A program made the translations under genes and the position numbers. From Eledone cirrhosa (lineage: Eukaryota): a stretch of DNA of 64,000 nt. Location: NCBI GenBank assembly GCA_964016885.1, contig OZ024752.1:15934001-15998000 (forward strand), written 5' to 3'. The notes beneath the pieces are model-generated. The model did not search any database. It was not told where the DNA came from and saw nothing but the letters and a program-made list of their open reading frames with translations. This document shows, piece by piece, positions 14,309 to 27,175 of the stretch (the first letter of the stretch is position 1; each line of letters opens with the position of its first letter).

Positions 14309-14892
14309 TATGGGAATGTAGCTGATTACAACTATATAACTTAAATTTACAGTACACGAACATGCCAACAGTTAGAAAACTAAATTATTCTAGTGTTTTC
14401 TATGTTAAATGGAATATTTGTATAATGCTTCAGACAATTATATTCAAATATTAATGTGTATTTTCTCTGTAGGTTGTTGAATTAATACGAAATGAAAGAA
14501 ATATGAATCTGTAGTCTACATTTGACTAAATTCTGTTTCTAAATATTACCTGCGGTGTTTATAGAAATAAAATTCCATTACATAATTGAAAATATACAAA
14601 TGAATCAGTTATTTCATAACTATTTCAGAGATAGTACGTAAGAGACGGTTATCTCCTACTTCACAATGGATGATACCGGTTTCGCAATGCATAATTTTAC
14701 ATTGGCTTCTATTGAATCCACAATTAGAAAGCAAAACATAATAGAAATATTCTATGACAAATCAATTGCAGGAAAGTAGAAACATAATCGATATTTTGAA
14801 ACTATTCAATAAACATATATACAGTTAATGATTTGTCATCAGAAAAGTACCAAAGCCTATTTTTTATAATAATATTATTATCATTATTATTA

Positions 14893-15269
14893 TTGGCAGT
14901 ATTGGTAGTGTCGGACACCATGTTTCACAGCATTGAGTTACTGCCCTTTACGTTCTGAGTTCAAATCCAGCCTAGGCCAGCTTTGCCTTTCATCCTTACG
15001 GGGTCGATAAAGTAAAGCATCAGTAACGCACTGGGGTCGATTTAATCGATTTCCCGTCCCCCAGAATTGCTGGCCTTGTGCCTATATAAGAAACAATTAT
15101 TATTATTATTGTTAGTAGTAGTAGTAGTAGTAGTATCAGTAGTAGTAGTAGTATTAGTAGTAGTAGCAGTAGTAGTAGTAACAGCAGTAGTAGTAATACT
15201 AGTAGTAGCAGCAGTAGTAGTAATACTAGCAGCAGTAGTAGTAGCAGCAGCAGTAGTAGTAGTAGTAGC

Positions 15270-15322
<53 letters not shown>
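14893..15322 (+). mobile_element. SINE S1 followed by a (TAG)n tract
   Basis: S1 body at 14893-15098, then (TAT)n and (TAG)n. Confidence 0.85.
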
Positions 15323-15323
<1 letters not shown>

Positions 15324-15816
15324 TCTATTATCACCAGTGTTATCATTTCTGTAGATTATTTTTCAACAAGTTTTGTGCTTTTGTTGTTTGTTTTTTTTTT
15401 TAAATCTTATTTGTTAAGCAGACACTTTGCTTATCTTTCCCAACCCATATTGAACTGCCGAATCATAATTTCCTTCGCTCTTGACGAATGTTGATCTGAC
15501 AACAAATGTAGTCATTTTAACCAGAATGCATTAAAATTTGTCTCACCTCATTATCACAGAAACGATTATCTGTAAAAATATTATTTTAGAAAACTTCCAT
15601 TTTGTTAGTTTTTCTTCTACCTTCAGTCTGTCCATGTATTTATATATGCACACACTCTTAGAAATAACATTCAACAATTAATATTTTAGTTGTTATCATA
15701 CATGCTACTGTTTGTGTAATGTTTATTTTCTCTAACTTCAGTAAGAAATATATATATAAACAAATAAATTATAAACGTAAACATGTAAGTATGTTTTTGA
15801 AACGGTGCCAAAGTTT

Positions 15817-16213
15817 GAAATTAGAAATTGGAAAATATAAGCTTTTACCGTATTTTAGACTAAAGAAATTTCTAGCCTGATAGTGGGGTTTATAACCCTC
15901 GAAGAAATGGAAAAAGATGAGTGTTGCCGTACATGGTAGTCGAACCTACATCTTTGGTTATCCAGACCACTGTGCTACCATTACACCAATACACATCCCA
16001 TCTCCTTCCATTTGAATTCGAATCTATGAAATTAGCAAGTGAATAATAAACAAACAAATTATAAACGTCTGGATAACCAAAGATGTGGGTTCGACTCTCA
16101 TGTACTGCAACACTCATCTTTTTCCATTTCTTCGAGGGTTATAAACCCCACTATCAGGCTAGAAATTTCTTTAGTCTAAAATACGGTAAAAGCTTATATT
16201 TTCTAATTTCTAA
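15817..16213. mobile_element. Fold-back element containing a tRNA-like module
   Basis: 15820-15966 is inverted at 16067-16213; the minus strand of the left arm has TGGTGTAATGG..GGTTCGACT (A/B boxes); homologue at 28290-28435. Confidence 0.7.
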
Positions 16214-16221
16214 TATATATA

Positions 16222-16424
16222 TATAAATGTAATCTGTGTTTTTCGAATATTAATAATAACATTCGATTCTTTTGCAATTATGCAAACAAGCATCAATGTT
16301 ATATCCATGTCAGTAGAATGAACCCTTCATTCTTGCTCTTGGCTATAAAATTGAGGCTTGTTTGCATAATTCCAAACGAATCGAGTGTTATTATTAATAT
16401 TCGAAAAGGCCAGATTACATTTAT
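16222..16424. mobile_element. Fold-back remnant of the family carrying the 49139-49189 HHR
   Basis: Arms 16222-16290 and 16358-16424; the left part matches 49008-49120. Confidence 0.7.
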
Positions 16425-16614
16425 TGTATTCAGCCATAAAGAGCGAAAATTTCCTTTTATATATATTTATATATATATACATATCGTAAACAAATAAATT
16501 TATATATATATCATATATGTATACCATATATTATATACATATTTCGTATATATCGTAAATAGATACATATATGTGTATTATATATAACATTTATATATAT
16601 ATATATATATATAC

Positions 16615-16709
<95 letters not shown>

Positions 16710-17049
16710 TCATGGAGCTTTACCATATCATAACGGCACCCCATGAGCTCATCAACAGCAGAGCAGAAACGGTGATAAGCTGCACGCACCGCTTAAAATT
16801 CTCTTAGAGAGAGAGGCGTGAAAACCGTAAACCTGGTCACCCTGCACCAAACCTTAACACCCCGGCGCCAGGCGCTGCAAAAAAACATCTGGAAACTAAC
16901 CATGCATCCCAGACCCGGCGTGAATCAACAATAGTAAAGCAGTAACCACAAAATACTAACGGGTAACAAATAGCCTGGGGAACACTGCTCTAGCACCGGC
17001 TAGAGTTATCTCCCTTGATCTACTGCAAAATGAATACATGTTTTCTACG

Positions 17050-18758
17050 AAGAATGAACTGTGATGTGAACTTATCTTTAAAACCACTTCTGGGTCATGT
17101 AAGTATAAACAATTCATCTATAAAGAACTACACAAAGACTATAAAAAGACACCCATTAGTACCTTAAATTACATAAATAGAGTAGGGAAGGATATAGTTA
17201 CTAGCTTAGACATAGATAAGTACACAAACCCATATGTCCCTCTGACGCCTAGATTCTCTCTTAAGGATCACACATGTAACTTTAATGAAAGCCCCTCTAT
17301 TAGATTAATATGTCCCTCTACATTTGATATAGGTAAAATTAGTAAAGTGATCCTGGATAGAGTACTACTGGAGCATAATAGAAAAGCTAATGTCTGCCTC
17401 TGGAGCAACACCGACCAGGTCATAGATTGGTTCACCGAGTTGCCTAATAAAGCGTCCCTGAAGTTCATCCAGTTTGACATAGATAGTTACTACGCCTCTA
17501 TCTCCCCTAAACTCTTAAATAAGGCACACATCTTAGCTAAAACTAACACTATCCTCACTAAAAAAGAGATAGATATAGTTCTAGCGGCGCGTAAAACCAT
17601 TAACCAGTTCGAAGGCTCCCACTGGACCCGAACCAACCGTCCTGATAACTTCGATATAACGATGGGATCCATTGACTCGGCGCAAGCAACCGACCTGGTC
17701 GGAATATACCTCCTCCATAGACTTAGGGACGAGATACCGGTCCTACAAGGAGGTGTATATAGAGACGACGTTCTGTTTACCGTTAGGAAACCGTAGACCC
17801 CGCAGGATAGAGAACCTTAACAAGCACATACACAGGTTCTTCAAGTCATACGGCCTATCCGTAACTATGGACCTCTACCACCAGGTTGTCAAGTTCATTG
17901 ACGTGACGCTAGAGTTGAGTACGGGCCTATACAAGCCATACAATAAGCCCCGAGAGAGTCTATCTTATATTAATTATGCCTCTAACCACCCTAATCAGAT
18001 TCTCAACTCCATAGTTTATAGCATTTCACGAGGCTCTCCGCCAATGAGGATATCTTCAACCAAGCGACAGATTATTACAATAAGGCCTTGCTAAGCGCCG
18101 GATTTAACCGAAGAATCTCTTACATCCCTAATGCTAGCTCTAGAGACCACCCCTCTCATAAGACTAATGTTATAGTAAGCCATACCTATAACCGAACACG
18201 CGGCGGCTTTGAAAGAGTCAGAAATAATAGTATAGAATACCGCACTAAGGAACACGAACGCAACGTCAATTACACTAGCGGTGGTGTAGAAAGCCTACCA
18301 CACAATAAGGATCACGACACTGATGACGGTGACCACTGTAGCCTACTTGAATTATTCCCCTACTATAAGATCAACAAAGGCGATGGCCTACTACCAACGC
18401 CTTCCAAACAGCGTCTTGCTATACATAAACATAGCAGAAGGAAGCCAAGTGCAACCCTTAGCAAACACACAAAGACACTGAATCGCCACCGTAACGTCAT
18501 ATGGTTCCATCCTCCCTACTCTTGGAGTGTGGCATCCGAGATACCCTGGATATTCTTCGAAGCCTTAGAGAAGAACTTCGCACCCTACAAAAAATATAGG
18601 AAAATCCTTAATAGGAACAATATAAAAATATCCTTCTCTAATACTCCTAACCTAGCAGGCATCATAGGAACAACTAATCACAGTAAGATCACCAAACACA
18701 GCATCTTAACACCGATACACCTAGACCTGACAACTACCATAATGGGGTCCTACTCGTT

Positions 18759-18760
<2 letters not shown>
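17050..18760 (+). mobile_element. Penelope-like element, frameshifted RT and linker, GIY-YIG missing
   Basis: SLKDH..NF..PSIRLICPS..IGKISKVILD; FIQFDIDSYYASI; FDITMGSIDSAQATDLVG; YRDD; KFIDVTL..YKPYNKP..SNHP; VIWFHPPYS; split over three frames. Confidence 0.9.
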
Positions 18761-18806
<46 letters not shown>

Positions 18807-18890
18807 TATATATATATATATATATATATAATTTTATTTGTTAATTTCACACACACACACAATAATAGGCATTTATGATATATTTATATA

Positions 18891-19072
18891 ATTGTTTCTA
18901 CTTTAGGCACAAGGCCAGCAATTACTCAGTGCATTACTGGTACTTTATTTTATCGGCCCCGTAGGGATGAAAGGCAAAGTCAACCTAGGCGGGATTTGAA
19001 CTCAGATCGTAAAGGGACGTAACTATGCTGTAAAGCATGGCGTCCGACCCTCTACCGACCGATACTACCAAT
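18891..19072 (-). mobile_element. SINE S1
   Basis: reverse-complement S1 body. Confidence 0.85.
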
Positions 19073-19147
19073 ATATAATATATGATATATATTTACTTAT
19101 CAAAAGATGCTTTTAATACAATATATATATTAATACAATATATATAT

Positions 19148-19195
<48 letters not shown>

Positions 19196-19326
19196 GATAT
19201 ATATATACTTATATATACATATATATATATGATATATGATATATATATACATATATATATATGATATATATATACTTATCAAAAGATGCTTTTAATACAA
19301 TATATATATTAATACAATATATATAT

Positions 19327-19386
<60 letters not shown>

Positions 19387-19584
19387 GTGTGTGTATATAT
19401 ATCTGTGTATATGTATGTATATATGTCTATATGTATTTGTGTGTATATGTATACACATGTATATTTGTGTTTGTATGTATGTGTGTGAGTGTATTTATAT
19501 GTGTATATATGTGTGTGTGTGTGTGTGTATATATGTGTATGTGTGTGTGTATGTATATATATATGTGTGTGTATATATATATAT

Positions 19585-19654
<70 letters not shown>

Positions 19655-20243
19655 GTGTGTATGTATATGTATGTATATGAATATATTTTTATATATGTGT
19701 GTGTGTTTTTATGTGTGTATATGTGTTTGTGTGTGTGTTTATGGTTGCGCGTAAGTGTGTGAGTGAGTATGTTTTTTGGGGTTTTTTTGTGAATGTGTCT
19801 GTTGATTTTTGGCATATAGTTGATTAGTTTAAGAGAAGTTCGAAGATAATTGTAAGATATGCACTCAGTATTTTGAATCTGTCTACAGAATTCTCTAGAC
19901 CTTTGTCACTTAGTAGAACCTTAATGATTTTAGCTTTTAAAGAATCTCCCTTTTCTTTAATTCTATCGACCATGACTGACCCCCCACTGATTTTATAGAC
20001 ATCTGTTAGCTTAAGAGAAACTTAATGACAAGGAATGGTATGCCATCCGGAACCTGTTTATAGAATTCTGTCTGCCCTTGTTACTCTAAAAACATAAATA
20101 AATAAAAATAAACTATAGCTTTGTAGAATTAGCTTTTAATGAATTCCCTTTTCTATCAACCAATGACCTGCACCCATCCCACTCCCCACCCTCTCCTACC
20201 ACTTGTAGAGACCTATAAATACCATTTTTATTTTTTGATACCC

Positions 20244-20294
20244 AGATTCCTGATGATTTCTAATGAATGAAACAGTTCTAGTCCTGTAGAATCT
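20244..20294 (+). ncRNA. Complete type I hammerhead ribozyme (family D)
   Basis: AGATTC-CTGATGA-tTTC taat GAAt-GAAA-CAG ttctagtc CTG-TA-GAATCT: 6-bp stem I, 4-bp stem III, GUA site. Confidence 0.8.
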
Positions 20295-20376
20295 CATCTA
20301 TATCAAAACTTTTATACTCTGCTATGTATTGAGTACCTTACTTACTGTGGTTACCTCCGATTCAACCCGGAATAAC

Positions 20377-20446
<70 letters not shown>

Positions 20447-20494
20447 TATTAAAAGTATCTTTTGATAAGTATATATATATCATATATTATATAT

Positions 20495-20780
20495 TTCGTT
20501 TCTGAATTTGTTTAGCAAGATTCTTTATCTGAAAACGTGTGTTGAAACCGATATTGTTATACTTTGGGAGGGTCATGTTGCCAATCAGTCACTGAAGAGG
20601 TCACAGAATGTGTGACGAAAGAACTTTGACAATATATAAACAACCATCTGGTTGTGGAACCAACCAACCAACCGGAAATTTATAAATTCCTAAATAAATT
20701 TATTATAATAAATTGAAGTGAAAGCAACTGGTGCGTGTGTTTCTTATTGGCAACATGACCCTCCCAAAGTATAACAATAT
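20495..20780 (+). mobile_element. PLE pseudo-LTR with an inverted 3' piece; HHR at 20588-20630
   Basis: 20586-20780 matches 29896-30095; GTCA-CTGAAGA-gGTCACA gaatg TGTGAC-GAAAGAACTT-TGAC. Confidence 0.8.
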
Positions 20781-21660
20781 ATTATATAAATATATCATAA
20801 ATGCATATTATTGTGTGTGTGTGTGTGTGTGTGTGAAATTAACAAATAAAATGTGTATACTGCGGGGGAAAACGAAGAAATATTTGATCGTTCAGGATTG
20901 TTGTTTTTTAATCCATTTCTCTTTGTAGTCGCTTCTGATTACTGCTCTACAGATTTTTTTGCTGATATCTTTGTTTTTTTCCATTATTACCGAATAGAGT
21001 TTGTTGCTAAATTAATTCATGGTAGTCTGAATTTATTTTCTTAGGAGCATTCTTTGTGAGCCAATGAAGTGTAAGGCGATGCATCGCATGATTCTAGGAA
21101 TCGTACGATTTTCCTTCAAAGATTCAGCATATTTTATTTCATTATTTTTATTCAAAGATATTTGTTCTTTCAAGCAACACAGTAAAAAACGGAAATACCT
21201 CCATATTCTGAACGCTTTTGTTGTTCATATTGTAACTGTTGTTAGTGATGTTCTGTACATGTTACACTAGCTGTTGGTGGTTTCAAAGCTGTCATATCCA
21301 GATTAGTGAGAAACGCACTGATCCTTCCCTCTTTATTATCTTCCAATTTTTATTACATTTCTTATTGGTGACCTTACCGTTTTATCTAAAGATATTATTA
21401 TTCAGAATTGTTTGGCTGGTAAATCGCTAGAAGGGGTTATTATAGTGATTATAGTAATATGAGGAGACGTCGGACAAACAGATTGGCGGTGTTTGTTTTG
21501 TTGGCCAATTTCCGTCCGGAGTTCAGATATCGATAATATTGTCTTTCTGTTTCAATGTTTCCGTGGTCGATAAAGCAAATAGCAATAAAGTAATAAGATA
21601 GATAAAGTCGATTATATTTCTTATTAAAATCTGTAACACTGTGTCTACATTAAGTCATAA

Positions 21661-22050
21661 CATCCAGCGGCAACCTGGTACAGTCTGCGGTTAACCCACG
21701 TTCTGCTACCCTTCGGGTCGAGGATGGTAAAATCTCCCAACATCGATCGCTCTCCGACAGGTTTGCGCTCGAGCCCGTAGCAGTTGAGACTTCTGGTATA
21801 CTTGGCCGTAGGGCCATCTCCCTACTCACCCCATCGGTACGGAGTTAGCTACTCGCAGGTGTGAGCCTCACAAGTTGAGATGTCTCTTCCAACGTGTCCC
21901 TCCTCCTCCTCCGGGGAAACGACTTATTTATCTGTCTGCAGGGACCCCGAGGCGGCCAGGTCATGTGTTCCCGTTTGCTTATAATAGTGGGAGATGGGAG
22001 AGTGAGAAAGACGGAGGCAGTGGTTGAAAGAGAAAACACCAACACACGCA
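21661..22050 (+). mobile_element. CRE-like non-LTR retrotransposon 3' end (restriction-like endonuclease remnant plus UTR)
   Basis: SAVNPRSATLRVEDGKISQHRSLSDRFALEPVAVETSGILG..LFQRV../LRGN resembles the CRE RLE pattern AE..K..KY..F.P.AVET.G..G..QR.S..QRGN. Confidence 0.7.
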
Positions 22051-23054
22051 CGCACTTGATAAGACAACAATAGATGTTATATCTTGAAATGGTTTAGCAG
22101 AAAATATCCAAAAACGAATCTGTCAATTCAAATGTTTGTAATGTCTTTACAAGTGGACAGACAATCTATATATATATATATTCCTGTGGTTCTGTCACAG
22201 CACGTAAAGAGAGGTGTAGTTTTACTACCTCATACTACTCCTCTCTCTTTACGGCTGCTGCCTGTGTGAATATATGTGTGTAAAAGGAAGGAAGGGTTTG
22301 GTGAACAAACTGTAGCAAAATAGCAGCTGGCGTTCCATTTGTGATGCTGTGTGTGCGTGTATGTGTTTGTGTGAATGCATGTGTGTGTGTGTGTTTGTCT
22401 GAATGTATGCGTGTTTCTGCGAATGTATGTCTGAGTGTGTATTTTTGTGTGTCTGCGTTTACATGTTTATATTTATATACTCATACCTATAAATGCATGC
22501 ATACACACATACACACATACACACATACACACATACATGCATACACGCATACACGCATACACACATACACACATACGCGACAGCGTGTTGAAAACAATCC
22601 TAGTAGGGTAGATTTGCAATATTGGGGCATAGGCTTCAGTCTTCCAATGAGATGATCACGATACTCTTATGTTAGTTTTTTCATGAAAGACTTTCTACTG
22701 TAGTTTCAAGTGGTGCAGGACGTTCACAGTTAAAAATCAGTGTTCATATTGTTAATATTTTTGTCGCTATTGTCAGAAACCTTGTTGACGCAACTGCTGC
22801 TGTTATTGGAGATATAACTGGGGTTACGTTATGTGTTTAATTGATTTTTCTCAACAGCTGCTGTTTGATAGTGTTGTTGTTGTTGTTGTTGTGGAAGTAG
22901 TTGTTGTTTTTGCAGTTGTTTTTGTTGCAGTTGTTTTATCAGTAGTTGTTGTTGTGGCAGTTGTTGTTGTTGATATTGCAGTTGTTGCGGCAGTTTTTAT
23001 TTTTTTTATTTTTATTTCTTTTGTTTTTAATGTTCACGACATGACATTACATTA

Positions 23055-23250
23055 TAGGGTCAGACAACATGCTTTGCAGCGGCCCTTTATAGTCTGAGTT
23101 CAAATACCGCCGAGGTTAACTTTGCCTTTCATTCTTACGGTGTCGATAAAATAAAGTACCAGTCACCCACTGAGGTCGATTTACTCGACCCCCCCCCCCC
23201 CCCTCAAAAAAAAAATTGATGGCCTTGTGCCTATATGAGAAACCATTATT
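23055..23250 (+). mobile_element. SINE S1
   Basis: S1 body. Confidence 0.8.
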
Positions 23251-23394
23251 ATAATTTTTCTCCTTTAACCAGGGGGGGGGGCAGTTTTTGTCTGCCTGGA
23301 GGCGATAATAAAAGAGGTTATATGGTGGACGCATCTGAAAGGGTTGAAGACGGGCACTTTCCTCTTCGGTGGCGCCCACAATAACTTTTTCATG

Positions 23395-23786
23395 TTTCAC
23401 CAGAAAAAGGAAATCAGGGTGGGAAGAGAAGTGCTGCCTTCCATCCTGTTTGTTGAAAGATGGGTGAGAGAGACAAGAATGGCCCGTGTGAATGGGCCTA
23501 CGCTGAGCGTGTGCCTGTAGTATCGTAGGAGGAAAAGAGGAAGAGGGCGCTTACTCTAGCGGACAGGGTAAACGTGGCTTTTCTGAGCTTTCTCCACGAG
23601 TGACCCTCGAAAGTAACCCCCACCGCCCCGCCCTCACCCCCCGGGAATTTGTCCTTGTTTGTCTTTCGTTACATCCTTTGTTTTTGTTTTTTATACGCAG
23701 AAATGCCAATTTGTATCGTCCTGTATTGTCCTGTGCTGTCCTTAATGTTATACTTTATGTCAAACCTTGTGGTTAATAAAGAAAGC
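23395..23786 (+). mobile_element. Tx1/L1-type LINE 3' end
   Basis: GAAAGATGGGTG..AGAATGGCCCGTGTGAATGGGCC matches the reverse complement of 36765-36870; ends AATAAAGAAAG. Confidence 0.75.
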
Positions 23787-23805
23787 ATCATCATCATCAT
23801 CATCA

Positions 23806-23839
<34 letters not shown>

Positions 23840-23847
23840 CATTACTA

Positions 23848-24612
23848 AGGACGGTGGATTGGCAGTGACGGTAGAGCTTTGGACAACATGTTGTGTAGTA
23901 TAGGGTTATGGCCCTTTACGTTCTAAGTACAATTCCCACCGAGGTTAACTTTGCCTTTCATCTTTATGGGGTCGATAAAATAAAGTACCAGTAATGCACT
24001 CGGGTCGATTGGATCAACTTTCCCCTGCCCCAAAACTGCTGGCCTTGTGTCTGAAGTAGAAATCATTATCATTACTATTACTACTACAACTACTATTAAT
24101 GCTACTACTATTACCACCACTACTACTATTACCATCACCACCACCACTACTACTACTACTGCAACTGCCACTACCACTAGCACCACCACTACTAATACAA
24201 CTACTACTACAATAACCACCATTAAAATTACTACAGCCACCACACTACAACCACCACCAGTACTACCACCTCCACTACTATCACCACCACCACTACCACC
24301 ATCACTATCAACACCACTACAACCACCACTACTACTACAACCGCCACTACCACTACGACCATCAATACCACCACCACCACCACTACAACCATCAATACCA
24401 CCACCACCACCACTACAACCATCACTACCACTACAACCATCACTACCACCACCACCACCACTACTACAACCACCACCACCACCATCACCACCACTACTAC
24501 AACCATCACCAGCACTACCACTATGACTACCACCACCACCACCACTACAACCATTACTACCACCACCACCATCACTACCACCACCTCATCCACCACCACT
24601 ACCACCACCATC
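23848..24612 (+). mobile_element. SINE S1 followed by an (ACT)n/(ACC)n tract
   Basis: S1 body at 23848-24068, then trinucleotide repeats. Confidence 0.85.
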
Positions 24613-24718
24613 ACTTCTGTTATTGTTCTTGTTATTATGTCCGTGTGATAATGATATGTCGGGTAACCCTTCATTCACCCTCCATCACTATGTCTTTATA
24701 TTATTTTATGTTAGTCCC

Positions 24719-24910
24719 GGGCGGTGGATTGGCAGTAATGGGGAGAGGGTCGGATGCCATGCTTTGACGTATAGAGTTACCGCCCTTGCCATTCTGAGTT
24801 CAAATCGCGCCGAGGTTAAATTTGCCTTTCAACCTTATGGGGTCGATAAAATAAAGTACCAGTAATGTACTGGTTAATTGCTGGCCTTGTGCCAAAAGTA
24901 GAAACAATTA
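24719..24910 (+). mobile_element. SINE S1
   Basis: S1 body. Confidence 0.85.
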
Positions 24911-25360
24911 TTTTATATTAGTCTCATGTTTTCTCTCGTTACGCTGCTTCATCTTACACATTTCAGCCTCTTTTCTACAATATTTTCTTGTATTTGTTTC
25001 TTTAGTTTTGTTTTGTTGGGGGGGGGGGGGGGGGGGGGGTATGGGTGTTTATTTTTATCTTCTATTCGATTTCTCCATTACAGCTATTAGCCAGTCTCCT
25101 TGACATCCGTAATATTACCATGTAAAATTGATCGTTGAATAATTCAATAAAAGAGCAGAAATAATGTCCTATTATAGCAGCCGACAACTATCATAAACTG
25201 GATAAGATTTTGCTTTTATTACTGAAAATGTGATGTACTAAGCCATAAATATCGGCGGCTCTTTTGTGGCCTTTCTCCTTATTTAAACATAGGTCAGAGC
25301 TAATCAAACATACTTAATAGTAAAAACGTTCTAATTCGGATCATCTCGTCACACACACTC

Positions 25361-25411
<51 letters not shown>

Positions 25412-25452
25412 TATATATATACATATATACATAAATATATATATGCTGTGCG

Positions 25453-25522
25453 GTTGACGGTTTAACCATCGTCTCAGTGTGTTTGGCCTTTAACGTATGT
25501 TGTAGCTCTGGTTCGTCAGAAG
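25453..25522 (-). ncRNA. Degenerate HHR
   Basis: CTGACGA-ACCA..TGGT-TAAA-CCG-TC (GAAA changed to TAAA; weak stem I). Confidence 0.35.
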
Positions 25523-25569
25523 TTGTTTTTCGCTAATTCCAAAACCGAAATACGATTCTCGCTAATTTA

Positions 25570-25652
<83 letters not shown>

Positions 25653-25659
25653 GTATGGA

Positions 25660-25980
25660 AGAAGGGCGGAAGAACTCATAAGATTCAACAGCCATCCGAA
25701 ATTGTGTAAATATGTATATACACATGTACATATGTATGTATATGTGTATATGCATGGGTGCATATGTATGTATATGCGCGGAGACATAGAAAACGTCGGG
25801 CTGGACACTCGATCGCGCAGTTAAACAGCTGGGAGTGAAGGACCCCTAGCCTTTATCAGCGCATTCTTCTAGGAGAAGGCAACTCAGGAAACTGGGATAA
25901 CTCCGATATAAAATCTACGGCTGAGTAGTTACCGATGATGTTGATCTTTTCTTCTTTTGGGGTTATAGCTATATTAGCGG
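25660..25980 (+). mobile_element. RTE 5'UTR-like fragment
   Basis: Matches 27830-28060 (CTAGGAGAAGG.AACTC motif). Confidence 0.6.
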
Positions 25981-26054
25981 TTTATATATACATACATACA
26001 CACACACATATACATATATATATATATATATATACATATATATATACATATATA

Positions 26055-26248
26055 TATTTTAATATAGGTGATATTCTACAGGACTAGAACTGTTTCATTC
26101 TTTAGAAATCATCAGGAATCTGATGATTTCTAAAGAATGAAACAGTTCTAGTCCTGTAGAATCTCACCTATATTAAAACTTTTATACTCTGCTATGTATT
26201 GAGTACCTTACTTACTGTGGTTACCTCCGACTAAACCCGGAATAACGT
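26055..26248. mobile_element. Family D fold-back with two inverted HHR cores
   Basis: ..TTTCATTCTTTAGAAATCATCAG gaat CTGATGATTTCTAAAGAATGAAA..; right arm matches 20250-20378. Confidence 0.85.
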
Positions 26249-26255
26249 ATACATG

Positions 26256-26307
<52 letters not shown>

Positions 26308-26848
26308 AATACATATATATATAAATATATATATATATATGTATGTATGTATATATAAATATATATATATGTATGTATAAATATATATATGTATGTATGT
26401 ATATATAAATATTTATATATATGTATGTATGTATATATAAATATATATATGTATGTATGTATGTATAAATATATATATGTATGTATGTATATATAAATAT
26501 ATATATATGTATGTATGTATATATAAATATATATATATGTATGTATGTATATATAAATATTTATATATGTATGTATGTATATATAAATATATATATGTAT
26601 GTATGTATATATAAATATATATATATGTATGTATGTATGTATAAATATATATATGTATGTATGTATATATAAATATATATATATGTATGTATGTATAAAT
26701 ATATATATGTATGTATGTATATATAAATATATATATATATGTATGTATGTATATATAAATATATATATATGTATGTATATATAAATATATATATGTATGT
26801 ATGTATATATAAATATAGAAAATATATAAATATATAAATGTATGTATG

Positions 26849-26939
<91 letters not shown>

Positions 26940-27175
26940 TGTTTTACCTGATTAGTTCTTTCGTTGCATTTGGTATTCTATGGTTGGGATTCGCCTACCA
27001 CAATTTTCAATTTGTCAAGCTATCTAAACGTAATGTTATTACTCTAAGGACCTACCCTTATTGAGTGCTTTGCTACTCATTCCTTATTGTGGTCAGCTTT
27101 GCTTGGCCACAGCCAAAGCTTCGATTTAACTAAGCTTCCACTTGTGTGTATATATATCTATCTATATATATATAT

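Noticed and set aside
15865-15912. HDV-like or hammerhead fold in ATTTCTAGCCTGATAGTGGGGTTTATAACCCTCGAAGAAAT
   Set aside because: No room for P1', and the hammerhead core and stem III do not fit
15920-15995. Genuine tRNA gene (also 28380-28435 and 51620-51690)
   Set aside because: A/B boxes present but no consistent cloverleaf; embedded in repeats
23923-24674. Poly-T/P/V ORFs (also poly-L/V at 15020-15354)
   Set aside because: Trinucleotide repeats at SINE tails
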